Shown: positions 39,050-48,309 of the stretch, piece by piece
Layout: every line of letters starts with the position of its first letter
How positions within the stretch are numbered: the stretch's first letter is position 1
From: Nitrospirales bacterium
GTDB taxonomy: Bacteria; Nitrospirota; Nitrospiria; Nitrospirales; UBA8639
Assembly (NCBI GenBank): GCA_021604005.1
Contig: BQIV01000007.1
Span: forward strand, 28,629 to 92,628
Direction: 5' to 3'
DNA length: 64,000 bases
Translations under genes and position numbers: made by a program
The notes under the pieces: generated by a model
Seen by the model: only the letters and a program-made list of their open reading frames with translations
Told to the model about the DNA's origin: nothing
Databases searched by the model: none

Positions 39050-39538
39050 TTAATGATCCAGCACGTTTGCGGGCAATTGGTGGAATTCTTCGACCGTTGG
39101 ACCGACTAGAGCCGCGAAATCGCTATACCGCATTCTGATAGCTTCATGGCGTGTTCCAGCTTGAAAGACAATCTCTTCATCCTCCGTAAGGGATCTGTCC
39201 ACGTACACGTCCAGGCCGTAGAGATTGCCAAAAGGAGGCATGGCTCCGCTCGAGCAGTCTGGGAACAATCCTGTAAACTCTTCTTCTGTAGCCAATCTGA
39301 CATGGCTGTCCTCAAAAACCTCTTTCAAACGATTCAGGCTCACCTTCCACGTGGATGGTAGCACCATCATTACAAATCTTTCGCTCACTTTGACCATAAT
39401 CACTTTGGCGAGTTCTTTTCCTGGTACATGCAGTGTATGGGCAACTTCTGGAGCGGTATATGCTTCTTGATGAAGTAGGACTTCATACTGAACCTTTTCG
39501 CCGTCGAGATACTCTTTAAGCTTTGGTGAAATAGTCAT
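39050..39538 (-). CDS. YbaK/EbsC-like aminoacyl-tRNA deacylase-domain protein
   Basis: 162 aa. ...AKVIMVKV..RFVMMVLP....V.L..L.........LA.EEEF..LFPDC..GAMPPFGNLYGL.VYVD fits the YbaK-domain pattern. A strong SD (ggaaggagg) sits upstream. Confidence 0.7.
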   Translation of the reverse strand: MTISPKLKEYLDGEKVQYEVLLHQEAYTAPEVAHTLHVPGKELAKVIMVKVSERFVMMVLPSTWKVSLNRLKEVFEDSHVRLATEEEFTGLFPDCSSGAMPPFGNLYGLDVYVDRSLTEDEEIVFQAGTRHEAIRMRYSDFAALVGPTVEEFHQLPANVLDH

Positions 39539-39842
39539 GACCGCCTCCTTCCAGGGGTATGGGCTGTTTCATTGATGGTAACGTCACCTCTGACTTTTGA
39601 TCATCGATTCATAAGGGACCAGACAACACGTTTGGTCGTCAAGTTTGAGAGTATCATTCATCCAGCATCCAGGAGTGAAATATTTAGATATTCCAGCCCT
39701 GGCTTCAAACCGAAGGTGACGATCAGATCAGAGTCGTCGTGGTACATGCACACACCTCATCGTCCCGCAATGTGATTCTTCATGCTGTGACAGTTGCGTG
39801 AGGTGTGACACACTCAATGGCTCTGTGCTGTTTCTCCTCCAG

Positions 39843-40038
39843 TTATAGTCGATTCAATGAACTTCCGTAGCCTTGAAGCGTTTATATCGCGTTGAATGTC
39901 CTCATGGTTCAACAGGGTTTGAACACCTGAAATACAGAGATCAGCTTGGTTATTGAGTAACGATGTAGAATAGATTTCAGAACCACGAGGCCTTGCATAC
40001 ATCGTGTTCAAGCATACGGCTCTTTGGATTCGCTATAA
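39843..40038 (+). mobile_element. MITE-like unit Y (196 bp), homologous to X, flanked by an 8-bp direct repeat
   Basis: The left end ttatagtcgattcaatgaacttccgtagcc matches X at 26/30 positions. The right end is ggattcgctataa. TTCTCCTC occurs at 39832-39839 and again at 40039-40046. Confidence 0.55.
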
Positions 40039-40115
40039 TTCTCCTCTAGATTACGGGTGAATATTTCACGATCTGAGTAAGAGAATCCGATCAACGGCTT
40101 TAGCAAATAAATGGA

Positions 40116-41339
40116 TTACGAAAAGGGATTTGGTACATCGTTAATAACGCTTTGGGTCTCCTCCAGGTGTTTTTGTAAATAGGTCATAAAGGGCGTGCCG
40201 CCGGTTCCTATGTGGGTTGCGTTGGTCGTGTGTTGTGTGTGTTGTTGATGCACATAGCGTACGGCATAGTCGAGGTGGGTTGCTCGAAAGCGTTGCAGTA
40301 ATCGAACGCATGCGTGATAGGCCTTCCAGAGATCCGGTTCGCTAGCTTTTCGATCTTGTACATATCCAGCCAACGGCGGTCTCCCCTGTTCGTCTTTGAG
40401 GCGTTCAAACGTTTCGAGAAACGCTCGGTGTAACGGCGGCATATACTGTCGCATTTCAGCAAGGTAATGGGTCAAAAGATCTTCAGTATGGGTGATGCCG
40501 AGTGCGGTATCGAGGGCTGGGATGATTGAGCTTTGGGCTCCCGTTTCTCCTCGGAAATATTGCGGGTAATTTTGAAATTCTTCTACTCCCTCGTACACGA
40601 GCCCGTTCGGGAGCGCAGGGTTATCCTTCCATCCATGAATATAGGGTCGAACCCGATTATAATAGATATAGGGATCACACCGTTCAGGCATGCGATCTAA
40701 TGTCTTGCACATAGCTTCTTGGGCTGATGCGATAACCCACAATTGCTTCGTGACCTGGTCGGGATCATCTTCCGTCACACTTTCCAGTGCACGGATCGCT
40801 CCGGCCATGGCTCGTCCGGCTTTGTCCTCGATGTCCACATGAATAAGCACAAACCATTCTTCATCAAGTCCGCCAAGGAAATTTTGTATAAGCACGATGT
40901 TATCGAGTTCTATAGGCTTATTTCGATCAAGGCGTCGCCAATTATCAAGAGCATAAGATGCATACGATAGTACTGGTGGCCTGCCGAGTTTTCTGGAAAC
41001 AAAGTGCCAGGGTACAGCAAGACAAGCTGGTAAATGGTCGGCGGGCTTGTCGGGAGTCTCCCATATATACCCATGGGCTACGAAGGACAGTACGCGATTT
41101 GCGTACCGATAGGTTTCGATATCCCACTCATCACTTGCCGCAGGTATGGCGATAGAGAGTTCTTGAACCGTCTGACGCATCTGTCTGGCAACGAGCAGCT
41201 TGGGAAGTTGTTGTCCTAAACGTTCAAGGGTAGGGGATTGGGGACATTCGGTACGAGGATCGTGAACCGGCAAAAAGCCTCGTTCCTCTGAGATTTCAAA
41301 ATCTGCCAATGACGGAGAAAAAAGGGTTGATGGTTTCAT
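40116..41339 (-). CDS. Indoleamine 2,3-dioxygenase (IDO) family haem dioxygenase
   Basis: ERGFLP..., GETGAQSSIIPALD, MRQYMPPLHRAFL, AYHACVRLLQRFRATHL and GTGGTPFMTYLK. These parallel, as I recall them, human IDO1 GGSAGQSS, MRNYMPPAHRNFL, AYDACVKALVSLRSYHL and GTGGTDLMNFLK. Confidence 0.85.
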   Translation of the reverse strand: MKPSTLFSPSLADFEISEERGFLPVHDPRTECPQSPTLERLGQQLPKLLVARQMRQTVQELSIAIPAASDEWDIETYRYANRVLSFVAHGYIWETPDKPADHLPACLAVPWHFVSRKLGRPPVLSYASYALDNWRRLDRNKPIELDNIVLIQNFLGGLDEEWFVLIHVDIEDKAGRAMAGAIRALESVTEDDPDQVTKQLWVIASAQEAMCKTLDRMPERCDPYIYYNRVRPYIHGWKDNPALPNGLVYEGVEEFQNYPQYFRGETGAQSSIIPALDTALGITHTEDLLTHYLAEMRQYMPPLHRAFLETFERLKDEQGRPPLAGYVQDRKASEPDLWKAYHACVRLLQRFRATHLDYAVRYVHQQHTQHTTNATHIGTGGTPFMTYLQKHLEETQSVINDVPNPFS

Positions 41340-41395
41340 GATTGCTCCTTGCGCAGTTGAGAATGATGAACGACAGTCATCTGTCCCATGGCAGT

Positions 41396-42658
41396 CTACC
41401 CTCTGACCGCAAGCCCGTGAGGATCGGCTGTTTCTTTGTCGTTTTTCATGTTCGAAATCCTCACGATGCCAACCACCTCTCCGTTTCGTCCTCCATTCTT
41501 CACTTTAATAACCATCAGGCCAGGAGTTGAACCTTTGGCATTATTCACCGATTTGTTATTGGCTGTCAGTGGGTGTATGCCGCGTAGGTTTGTGAAAGCA
41601 TAGTTGTGATCGGGGGATATGCCAATCAAATCAGGCGCGGGGTCCTGACTGTGTGATCCAACGAGATCGATCATCCCAATGCTTAAATCGGGAAGCGTAT
41701 CGATGATTTCAATAATATTTCCCGCACGGTCCACGACCCAAAGATATTGCCCAATGGCAGTCATGCCATGCGAGTCTGCAAACCTTGAGTCCCGGGTACT
41801 GACTAACTTGGCTTCCAACGAACCTGGAAGTCCCTTCATCTTGACGGCATACACATCGTACGCAAGCGGAGCAACCGGCCAACCACCCCCTGAATTGATA
41901 TACATCGTATTCCCGACTTGAATCCCTCCGCATCCTCCAGGATGAATGTGAACATCACTTAATGCGGCGACGGCCTTCATGGGAGTGTCTTTGACGTTCA
42001 CGACCAGCAGCCCGCCTCCACGCAGCGTCACGAATGCATATGTGCTCGTCGATTCCGTGATCGGGCATATTGGCGCATTATCAGGACGCTCGCCGTTTTG
42101 AAGAGCTTGCAGATTTACAACATCCTGTTGTCCGTCAAACATGAATGTTTTGGAAGCGTAGTCCGTCCAAATTCGTACAAATTTCTTTTCTTTGATATTA
42201 GCGGCCATCACCATGTTCTGATCGGGAGTTGGCCAAGCTGCATGAACGTTTTTCCCTACTGAAATGCATCCGATGGGTGTTTTCGCCTCGGCATCCATGA
42301 AGAGAACCTGACCACTGAGGAAGGAAATGACCGCATAGTTATGGTCTTTGGTGAAAAAGACCATATGCGGGCGTCGAACCGTTTTGCCTGTTGCCTCTTT
42401 GCACATGGAATTAATGTCCGTGCCTGTATCAATAGAATGTGTGGGCTTGGCATTCATGAGATCCGAGGTTAATTGGCTGCCGTCATAGACATGGATATAG
42501 CCACCGCCTTGTTCCATGGTGTCCGATTGATCTGTCACCCAGACTTCATACGCCTGGGCCTGGGAAAACAGTAAAGCCAATCCCAGCCATATGATGAGTG
42601 TGTGTCGCAACAATCTTCGTTTTTCTTTTCGAGAATGAGAGGTCTTGAAAATTTTCAT
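41396..42658 (-). CDS. Secreted beta-propeller-like protein, unknown function
   Basis: Signal peptide (..LGLALLFSQAQA|YE) and repeated beta-strand blocks (YAFVT.RGGG.LVV, LWVVDRAGN.IEIID, YAFTNLRG). No catalytic motif recognised. Confidence 0.6.
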   Translation of the reverse strand: MKIFKTSHSRKEKRRLLRHTLIIWLGLALLFSQAQAYEVWVTDQSDTMEQGGGYIHVYDGSQLTSDLMNAKPTHSIDTGTDINSMCKEATGKTVRRPHMVFFTKDHNYAVISFLSGQVLFMDAEAKTPIGCISVGKNVHAAWPTPDQNMVMAANIKEKKFVRIWTDYASKTFMFDGQQDVVNLQALQNGERPDNAPICPITESTSTYAFVTLRGGGLLVVNVKDTPMKAVAALSDVHIHPGGCGGIQVGNTMYINSGGGWPVAPLAYDVYAVKMKGLPGSLEAKLVSTRDSRFADSHGMTAIGQYLWVVDRAGNIIEIIDTLPDLSIGMIDLVGSHSQDPAPDLIGISPDHNYAFTNLRGIHPLTANNKSVNNAKGSTPGLMVIKVKNGGRNGEVVGIVRISNMKNDKETADPHGLAVRG

Positions 42659-42670
42659 TTTGCAACCTCC

Positions 42671-43423
42671 TTATGATCGATACGTGTGTTGCTCGACAAT
42701 TTTTCTCTGGTGTGCGTCGATCGCGTCGATAACCGCATGAATACCTTCCCCATTTAAGGCAATGGTCGGAATGACATGTGAGACCCAATTCCGTAATGCG
42801 TGAACCGTTGCATCCGCATCCGAGCGATCGGCTTTGTTCACCACGACGAGGTGAGCTATCTCCAGCAGTCCCGCCTTCATCGCCTGAATATCGTCTCCCA
42901 GACCTGGCGCTACGACCACGACGACTGTTTGTGCCAGGTCGATGATCTGACCTTCTTCTTGTCCTACGCCCACCGTTTCTACGAGTATGACATCATAGCC
43001 TGCAGCTTCTAGGACCTGAATGGCGTCACCTGTGGCCTTGGCCAAACCGCCGTGGTGCCCTCGAGTCGCCATGCTCCTGATATAGACGTGTTCATCTGAC
43101 CAATGGGACTGCATCCGGATGCGGTCACCGAGGATGGCGCCTCCTGTTCGAGGACTGCTGGTATCAACAGCGAGAATTCCGACTTTTTTCCCTTCTGCCC
43201 GGTAGCATGTTGTGAGTTGATCGATCAGTGTGCTTTTCCCTGCGCCTGGATATCCGGTTATTCCAATGATAGAAGCTTGGCTTGGGAGCGAATCTAAACT
43301 TTTGACAACCGCGTTGCCGAATGGGTCTTGGGCTTCAAGCATGGTGATAAGCTTAGATACGGCGCGAACGTCTCCATATGTTATTCGATTCTTCAATACC
43401 TCCATGTTTTCCATGATGCCCAA
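42671..43423 (-). CDS. meaB: MeaB/ArgK-type G3E GTPase (B12 mutase chaperone), short form of 250 aa
   Basis: GITGYPGAGKSTLI (P-loop), ILVETVGVGQ (switch II) and VVNKADR (NKxD). Confidence 0.85.
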   Translation of the reverse strand: MGIMENMEVLKNRITYGDVRAVSKLITMLEAQDPFGNAVVKSLDSLPSQASIIGITGYPGAGKSTLIDQLTTCYRAEGKKVGILAVDTSSPRTGGAILGDRIRMQSHWSDEHVYIRSMATRGHHGGLAKATGDAIQVLEAAGYDVILVETVGVGQEEGQIIDLAQTVVVVVAPGLGDDIQAMKAGLLEIAHLVVVNKADRSDADATVHALRNWVSHVIPTIALNGEGIHAVIDAIDAHQRKIVEQHTYRS

Positions 43424-43478
43424 CTCGTTTCAAACCCAATATGGCTTACCTACAATCTGTTATCGATGAAGTTCCCGT

Positions 43479-44423
43479 TCACGGGGCAGCAAGCCGAACT
43501 TTTCCAGTAGCCTCAGCGACATTAAAAGGCTTCGACAACATGTTGCGACCTAACTCTTTAAAAATTGGTCTCGCGGCTTCTACCACCCTTGTTTCATCGA
43601 CACTCACAATCGCCCCGGAAGCCTTGAATGCCGAAACAAGATTCTCGGTCGCCACATTTCCTGACGCCCCCGGTGCATAAGGACAGCCCCCCAGCCCTCC
43701 TGCACTGGCGTCAAAGTTCACAACTCCATACTGCTGCCATGCGGTTCGTGCGTTAGCAATCGCCATTCCGTACGTATCATGGAGGTGCAAGACGATCCTA
43801 ACTGTTGGCACCTCAGCATACACGTGATCAAGAAGTAAACTGATATCTCTCGGGGAAGCCTTTCCGAGAGTTTCCCCGAGTGCGATCTCTTCGATGCCGA
43901 GAGCAACGAGTTGGCGCATGACGTCCACCACCCTTGAGGGTGGAATTCGCCCTTCATAGGGACAGAACACCGCTGTCGAAATATATCCACGGGTCTTAAG
44001 GTTATTTCGGCGTGCCCTTACTACCACCGGCCGCAATCGATTAATCGACTCCTCCACTGTGCTGTGAATGTTGTGAAGAGTGAAGCTATTTGAGGCTGCC
44101 GTAAACACGGCTACTTTCTGAACCCCGACGTCTAAGGCGCGATCAAGGCCTCGTTCATTCGGAACTAAGGCAGAATACGTGACACCTTCGATTTTCGATA
44201 TGTTGCGGAACACCTCATCTGAATCTGCCATCTTTGGAATCGCTTTCGGCGATACGAATGCTCCGGCCTCAATTTCAGGGACTCCAGTCTTGGAGAGAGC
44301 ATTGATAAATTGGACTTTCGTTGTTAGAGAAAGCGAAGTTGCCTCATTCTGCAATCCATCACGCGGCCCCACTTCAGTAATGAGAATGGGGGGTTTTTCT
44401 TGCTGTTTTTCCAGTGAGTTCAT
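43479..44423 (-). CDS. Hydroxymethylglutaryl-CoA lyase
   Basis: ITEVGPRDGLQNE, FVSPK.IP.MADS, HLHDTYGMA.AN and DAS.GGLGGCPYAPGASGNV.TE. Confidence 0.9.
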   Translation of the reverse strand: MNSLEKQQEKPPILITEVGPRDGLQNEATSLSLTTKVQFINALSKTGVPEIEAGAFVSPKAIPKMADSDEVFRNISKIEGVTYSALVPNERGLDRALDVGVQKVAVFTAASNSFTLHNIHSTVEESINRLRPVVVRARRNNLKTRGYISTAVFCPYEGRIPPSRVVDVMRQLVALGIEEIALGETLGKASPRDISLLLDHVYAEVPTVRIVLHLHDTYGMAIANARTAWQQYGVVNFDASAGGLGGCPYAPGASGNVATENLVSAFKASGAIVSVDETRVVEAARPIFKELGRNMLSKPFNVAEATGKVRLAAP

Positions 44424-45235
44424 GATAATGCGGCTTTCACTTCCGAGAACCCATCTGCCCAGCGTGGGGATCGTTTTTCGAAGAAAGCTTTGAGACCTTC
44501 ATTGGCTTCCTTGGTGCGTGCCATTCGGACATTCGTCTGCACACAGAGCCGCCAGCCGTCATGCTCAGGCCTGTTGATAAGGTTTCGAAACAAGGCTTTG
44601 GTTTGCCGCACGGCCTGAGGGGCTCCCAGTTGTAATTGATGTGTGATCTCTTGGACTGCCAAGTCTAGGTGAACTGCCGGTACGATTTCGTCAACGAGTC
44701 CAATCTCTTGCGCGGTACCAACCGAAAACGGCTCACCGGTCAGGCAATGACGGAGGGATTTGGAAAAGCCGAGTTTCCGAATTAACAAAGGAGCGATCAC
44801 AGCGGGAGCTAATCCCACTCGAACTTCACGCAAAGCGAATTGCGCATCATTCGTTGCGATCACGATGTCACATGCCGCCAGTATTCCTATCCCACCCCCA
44901 TAAGCTCCCCCTTGCACGCGTCCGACGACGGGACAAGGGTATTCATCCATGACTTGAAACATTTGCGTTAAGTGTTCCGCGGCCTGCAACTGTTGTACAT
45001 CTGACATCTTCAGAATGTTAGTCATCCACTGCAGATCCAAGCCAGCACAGAATACTGGTCCTTCTCCAGCCACGACAACTGCGCGCAAAGTTTCATCTCG
45101 CCGTAATTCCTCTAAGGCCGATGTCAATTCAAAAACAGTTTGTGCATTAAACGCATTTCGGACTTCCGGTCGGGTGATGATCACATTGGCGACTCCGCCG
45201 GCAATTTCGACACTGATACATTCAAACTGTTTCAT
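44420..45235 (-). CDS. Enoyl-CoA hydratase; methylglutaconyl-CoA hydratase by context
   Basis: Crotonase motifs VVVAGEGPVFCAGLDL and GGAYGGGIGILAACD. A 4-nt overlap joins it to the HMG-CoA lyase gene. Confidence 0.75.
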   Translation of the reverse strand: MKQFECISVEIAGGVANVIITRPEVRNAFNAQTVFELTSALEELRRDETLRAVVVAGEGPVFCAGLDLQWMTNILKMSDVQQLQAAEHLTQMFQVMDEYPCPVVGRVQGGAYGGGIGILAACDIVIATNDAQFALREVRVGLAPAVIAPLLIRKLGFSKSLRHCLTGEPFSVGTAQEIGLVDEIVPAVHLDLAVQEITHQLQLGAPQAVRQTKALFRNLINRPEHDGWRLCVQTNVRMARTKEANEGLKAFFEKRSPRWADGFSEVKAALS

Positions 45236-45244
45236 AATGATTCC

Positions 45245-46852
45245 TTACCACCGATACACCGGTTGCCGATGATCAGTGCGTGGGGATTGATACGCGATAT
45301 CTAAACAGAACCCCAGAGTGCTGCGAGTTTCGATGGGATCCAAAATCCCGTCATCCCACAACCGGGCTGTGGAGTAATAGGCACTAGTCTCAATGTCGTA
45401 CTGTGTCAGAACAGATTCCGTTTGTTGACGTATTTCGTCATCTGAGAGTCTTTTTCCCCGTTTGGCGAGTTGTTGTTGTTTAATGGTGACCAACACGTTG
45501 GCAGCTTGCTGACCACCCATGACTGACGTCCGGGCATTGGGCCACCCGAAAACAAAGCGAGGGTTGTAAGCCCGGCCACACATGGCATAATTCCCGGCTC
45601 CGTGAGAGACCCCGATCATAATCGTGAACTTCGGTACTTTTGCGGTCGCGACCGTTTGAACCATTTTCGCTCCGGCCTTGATGATCCCTTGTTCTTCGTA
45701 TCGCTTCCCCACCATAAATCCCGGCACGTTCTGCAGAAAAATCAAAGGAAGCCTTCGCTGGTTACAGAGTTGAACGAAGTGGGCACCCTTCAGAGCAGAC
45801 TCGGCGAACAGCGCGCTGCTATTCGCCAAGATTCCTACCCGGTGTCCCATCCAGTGAGCAAATCCACAGACCAGGGAGGTCCCATACCGACTCTTGAATT
45901 CTTGAAATCGGCTTCCATCCACTAAACGGGCAATGATCTCTCGAATGTCCATCGGTTGCTGCGAGGAACTCGGAATAAGACTATACAGATCAGATTCAGG
46001 GTACAGGGGCGCCAGAGGGTCGGCATCTCTCGTCGGGGGAAAACGAGCTCTCCCAAGATACCCGATGGCGTCTCGACAGCGTTCCAGAGCTTCCTGCTCA
46101 TTCTCTGCAAGATGATCACTCACTCCGGACAGTCGTGTGTGGAGATCCGCTCCGCCCAGTGCCTCGGCGGTCACTTCTTCACCCGTCGCAGCCCTGACTA
46201 GAGGGGGACCAGCTAAGTAGATCTTCCCTGTTCCCTTCACGATAATGTTTTCATCGCACATGGCCGGCACATACGCACCTCCGGCTGTGCACATCCCCAT
46301 CACGACCGCCACTTGATGAATGCCTATGGCAGACATTCGTGCCTGATTGTAAAAAATCCGACCAAAGTGCTCTTTGTCGGCAAAGACTTCCGCTTGTTTG
46401 GGGAGAAAGACTCCCCCCGAATCCACAAGATAGATGGCTGGTAGCCTGTTTTGCATGGCAATTTCTTGAGCACGTAGATGCTTTTTGATCGTAAGAGGAA
46501 AATAGGTTCCTCCTTTCACCGTCGCATCGTTGGCCACGATGACACATGGACGACCTGATACATATCCAATACCCGTAATGATGCCAGCAGACGGTACTTG
46601 GTTTTCATAGATCCCCCATGCCGCAAGAGGACTTAATTCTAGCCAGGGAGTGTTTGGATCGATCAACGATGAAATACGTTGATGTGCCAATAACTTGCCT
46701 CGTTTTCGATGCAGTGCAACCGCCTCTGAAGATCCACCATCCCATACGTGCTTTAGGCGATCTCGCAGTTCAGACACGAGCTCTTCAACTTGAATACGAT
46801 TCCGTTGCGACTGGCTAGACTTTAAATCTGCAGACGATGTTAAAACTTGCAT
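45245..46852 (-). CDS. Acyl-CoA carboxylase carboxyltransferase (beta) subunit; methylcrotonyl-CoA carboxylase beta by context
   Basis: 535 aa. VANDATVKGGTYFP, DSGG.FLP and QNVPGFMVG are typical of the carboxyl_trans family. Confidence 0.85.
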   Translation of the reverse strand: MQVLTSSADLKSSQSQRNRIQVEELVSELRDRLKHVWDGGSSEAVALHRKRGKLLAHQRISSLIDPNTPWLELSPLAAWGIYENQVPSAGIITGIGYVSGRPCVIVANDATVKGGTYFPLTIKKHLRAQEIAMQNRLPAIYLVDSGGVFLPKQAEVFADKEHFGRIFYNQARMSAIGIHQVAVVMGMCTAGGAYVPAMCDENIIVKGTGKIYLAGPPLVRAATGEEVTAEALGGADLHTRLSGVSDHLAENEQEALERCRDAIGYLGRARFPPTRDADPLAPLYPESDLYSLIPSSSQQPMDIREIIARLVDGSRFQEFKSRYGTSLVCGFAHWMGHRVGILANSSALFAESALKGAHFVQLCNQRRLPLIFLQNVPGFMVGKRYEEQGIIKAGAKMVQTVATAKVPKFTIMIGVSHGAGNYAMCGRAYNPRFVFGWPNARTSVMGGQQAANVLVTIKQQQLAKRGKRLSDDEIRQQTESVLTQYDIETSAYYSTARLWDDGILDPIETRSTLGFCLDIAYQSPRTDHRQPVYRW

Positions 46853-46872
46853 GTCTCACCCATGCGTATAGA

Positions 46873-47322
46873 TTATGTGTCCCTTTTTCCCGTACCGATC
46901 CTCTCAGTGAGCGGCAGTACGGTCTCGTGCAGACCTCGTACGAATTGGACGATCTCTTCCATTGGCGTCCCCGGAAGATAGAGGGCTCGCACCCCCTTTG
47001 ATTTCAACCAGCAGATATCTTCATTCGGAATAATCCCTCCGGCGAATACCACGATGTCATCGGCCTCTTGTTCTTTCAACAGTTCCAGCACTCGTGGCAG
47101 TAAATAGTTATGGGCACCGGAATGTACGCTGATCCCGATAGCGTTCACATCTTCTTGAATGGCTGTGTTGACGACTTGCTCAGGAGTTTGGTGTAAGCCT
47201 GTATAAATGACTTCCATCCCGGCATCCCGAAGAGCACGAGCGACAAGCTTGACCCCACGATCATGGCCGTCTAATCCAACTTTTCCTATCAGTATCCGAA
47301 GGGGTATGGTTGCGACTGTCAT
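46873..47322 (-). CDS. B12-binding small subunit of an acyl-CoA mutase
   Basis: [13 protein letters not shown] (DxHxxG), ...[11 protein letters not shown] and VFAGGIIP. Confidence 0.9.
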   Translation of the reverse strand: MTVATIPLRILIGKVGLDGHDRGVKLVARALRDAGMEVIYTGLHQTPEQVVNTAIQEDVNAIGISVHSGAHNYLLPRVLELLKEQEADDIVVFAGGIIPNEDICWLKSKGVRALYLPGTPMEEIVQFVRGLHETVLPLTERIGTGKRDT

Positions 47323-47334
47323 CGGCGACTGGTC

Positions 47335-48255
47335 CTATGTTTGTGATTTCAAAAAATACTTTCCCTCGACATCCTTTTGAACATATCCCATTTGAATCTG
47401 TGGATCGTGTTCAAACATTAATAACCATCCTTCTTCGAACGCCGAGTCCAAAATCCATCGTTTCGTTTCCATCGTTTGTAAGGGGGAAAGGTCATATCCC
47501 ATGATATAGGGCAGAGGAAGGTGAGACACGGTTGGGATGACATCTCCCAAAAAGAAGGCTGTTTTGCCTTCCGACTCAACCTTGACACTTTGGTGGTGTG
47601 GGGTATGACCGGATGTGACGACAACTGATACACCCGCGAATAATTCGCTATTTCCGACAAAAAATTCCCACTGATTCTTGTGCATGATAGGGTGAAAGTT
47701 TTCTCGACGATAACTGGCTCTGGTCCGTTCGTTGGCGTGGACGGCGTCTTCATATTCCCCACGTTGAACGAAATATTTGGCTTTGGGAAATGTTGGAACC
47801 GTCTGTCCTTGATCATCAAGAACGGTGTTACCTCCCGCGTGGTCAAAGTGTAAGTGGGTATTGATCACAAAATGAATATCGGTCGAGGAAAGCCCGATGG
47901 TCTTCAATGAATCGAGGAGAGAAGCTGTGCGTTCTACGGCAAACATGTGCTCGAATTTCTTGTCGTGTTTTAACCCAAGGCCCGTATCCACGAGAATGTT
48001 TTTCCCATGTGCTTGAATGAGTAGGCAGGTCAGGCTTAGTGGAATGCGATTCTGATCGTCGGCAGGACAACACTTCTCCCACAGAACACGCGGAACCACA
48101 CCGAACATGGCACCTCCATCCAGCCGAAACCGACCGTCTGTGAGAGGAAAGATGTTAAAGTCACCGAATTTCATGTCTTCACCCAAAAGCTGTTTGACCT
48201 TTTGTGTCCCAAGTTTGATGTTTTTCTGAAAAGAGACTTTCAGCGCTGTCCCCAC
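47335..48255 (-). CDS. Metallo-beta-lactamase-fold hydrolase (lactonase-like HLHFDHAGG motif)
   Basis: VINTHLHFDHAGGN and ..TSGHTPHHQS... The start is GTG 48255 or ATG 48174. Confidence 0.8.
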   Translation of the reverse strand: MGTALKVSFQKNIKLGTQKVKQLLGEDMKFGDFNIFPLTDGRFRLDGGAMFGVVPRVLWEKCCPADDQNRIPLSLTCLLIQAHGKNILVDTGLGLKHDKKFEHMFAVERTASLLDSLKTIGLSSTDIHFVINTHLHFDHAGGNTVLDDQGQTVPTFPKAKYFVQRGEYEDAVHANERTRASYRRENFHPIMHKNQWEFFVGNSELFAGVSVVVTSGHTPHHQSVKVESEGKTAFFLGDVIPTVSHLPLPYIMGYDLSPLQTMETKRWILDSAFEEGWLLMFEHDPQIQMGYVQKDVEGKYFLKSQT

Positions 48256-48309
48256 CCATAACTGCGTCTTTCATTTTGCACGTTACACTTTGCATTTTGA
48301 CTTGTACTT

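Noticed and set aside
38148-40046. Integron attC sites or attL/attR of an integrated island around the ybaK-like gene
   Set aside because: The termini do not fit the GTTRRRY / RYYYAAC core sites, and no integrase is present. The cassette spacing is also wrong, with about 800 bp between the gene and the nearest repeat. A lone 13-mer direct repeat would be expected by chance in 64 kb. The case rests on the multi-copy TIR structure instead.
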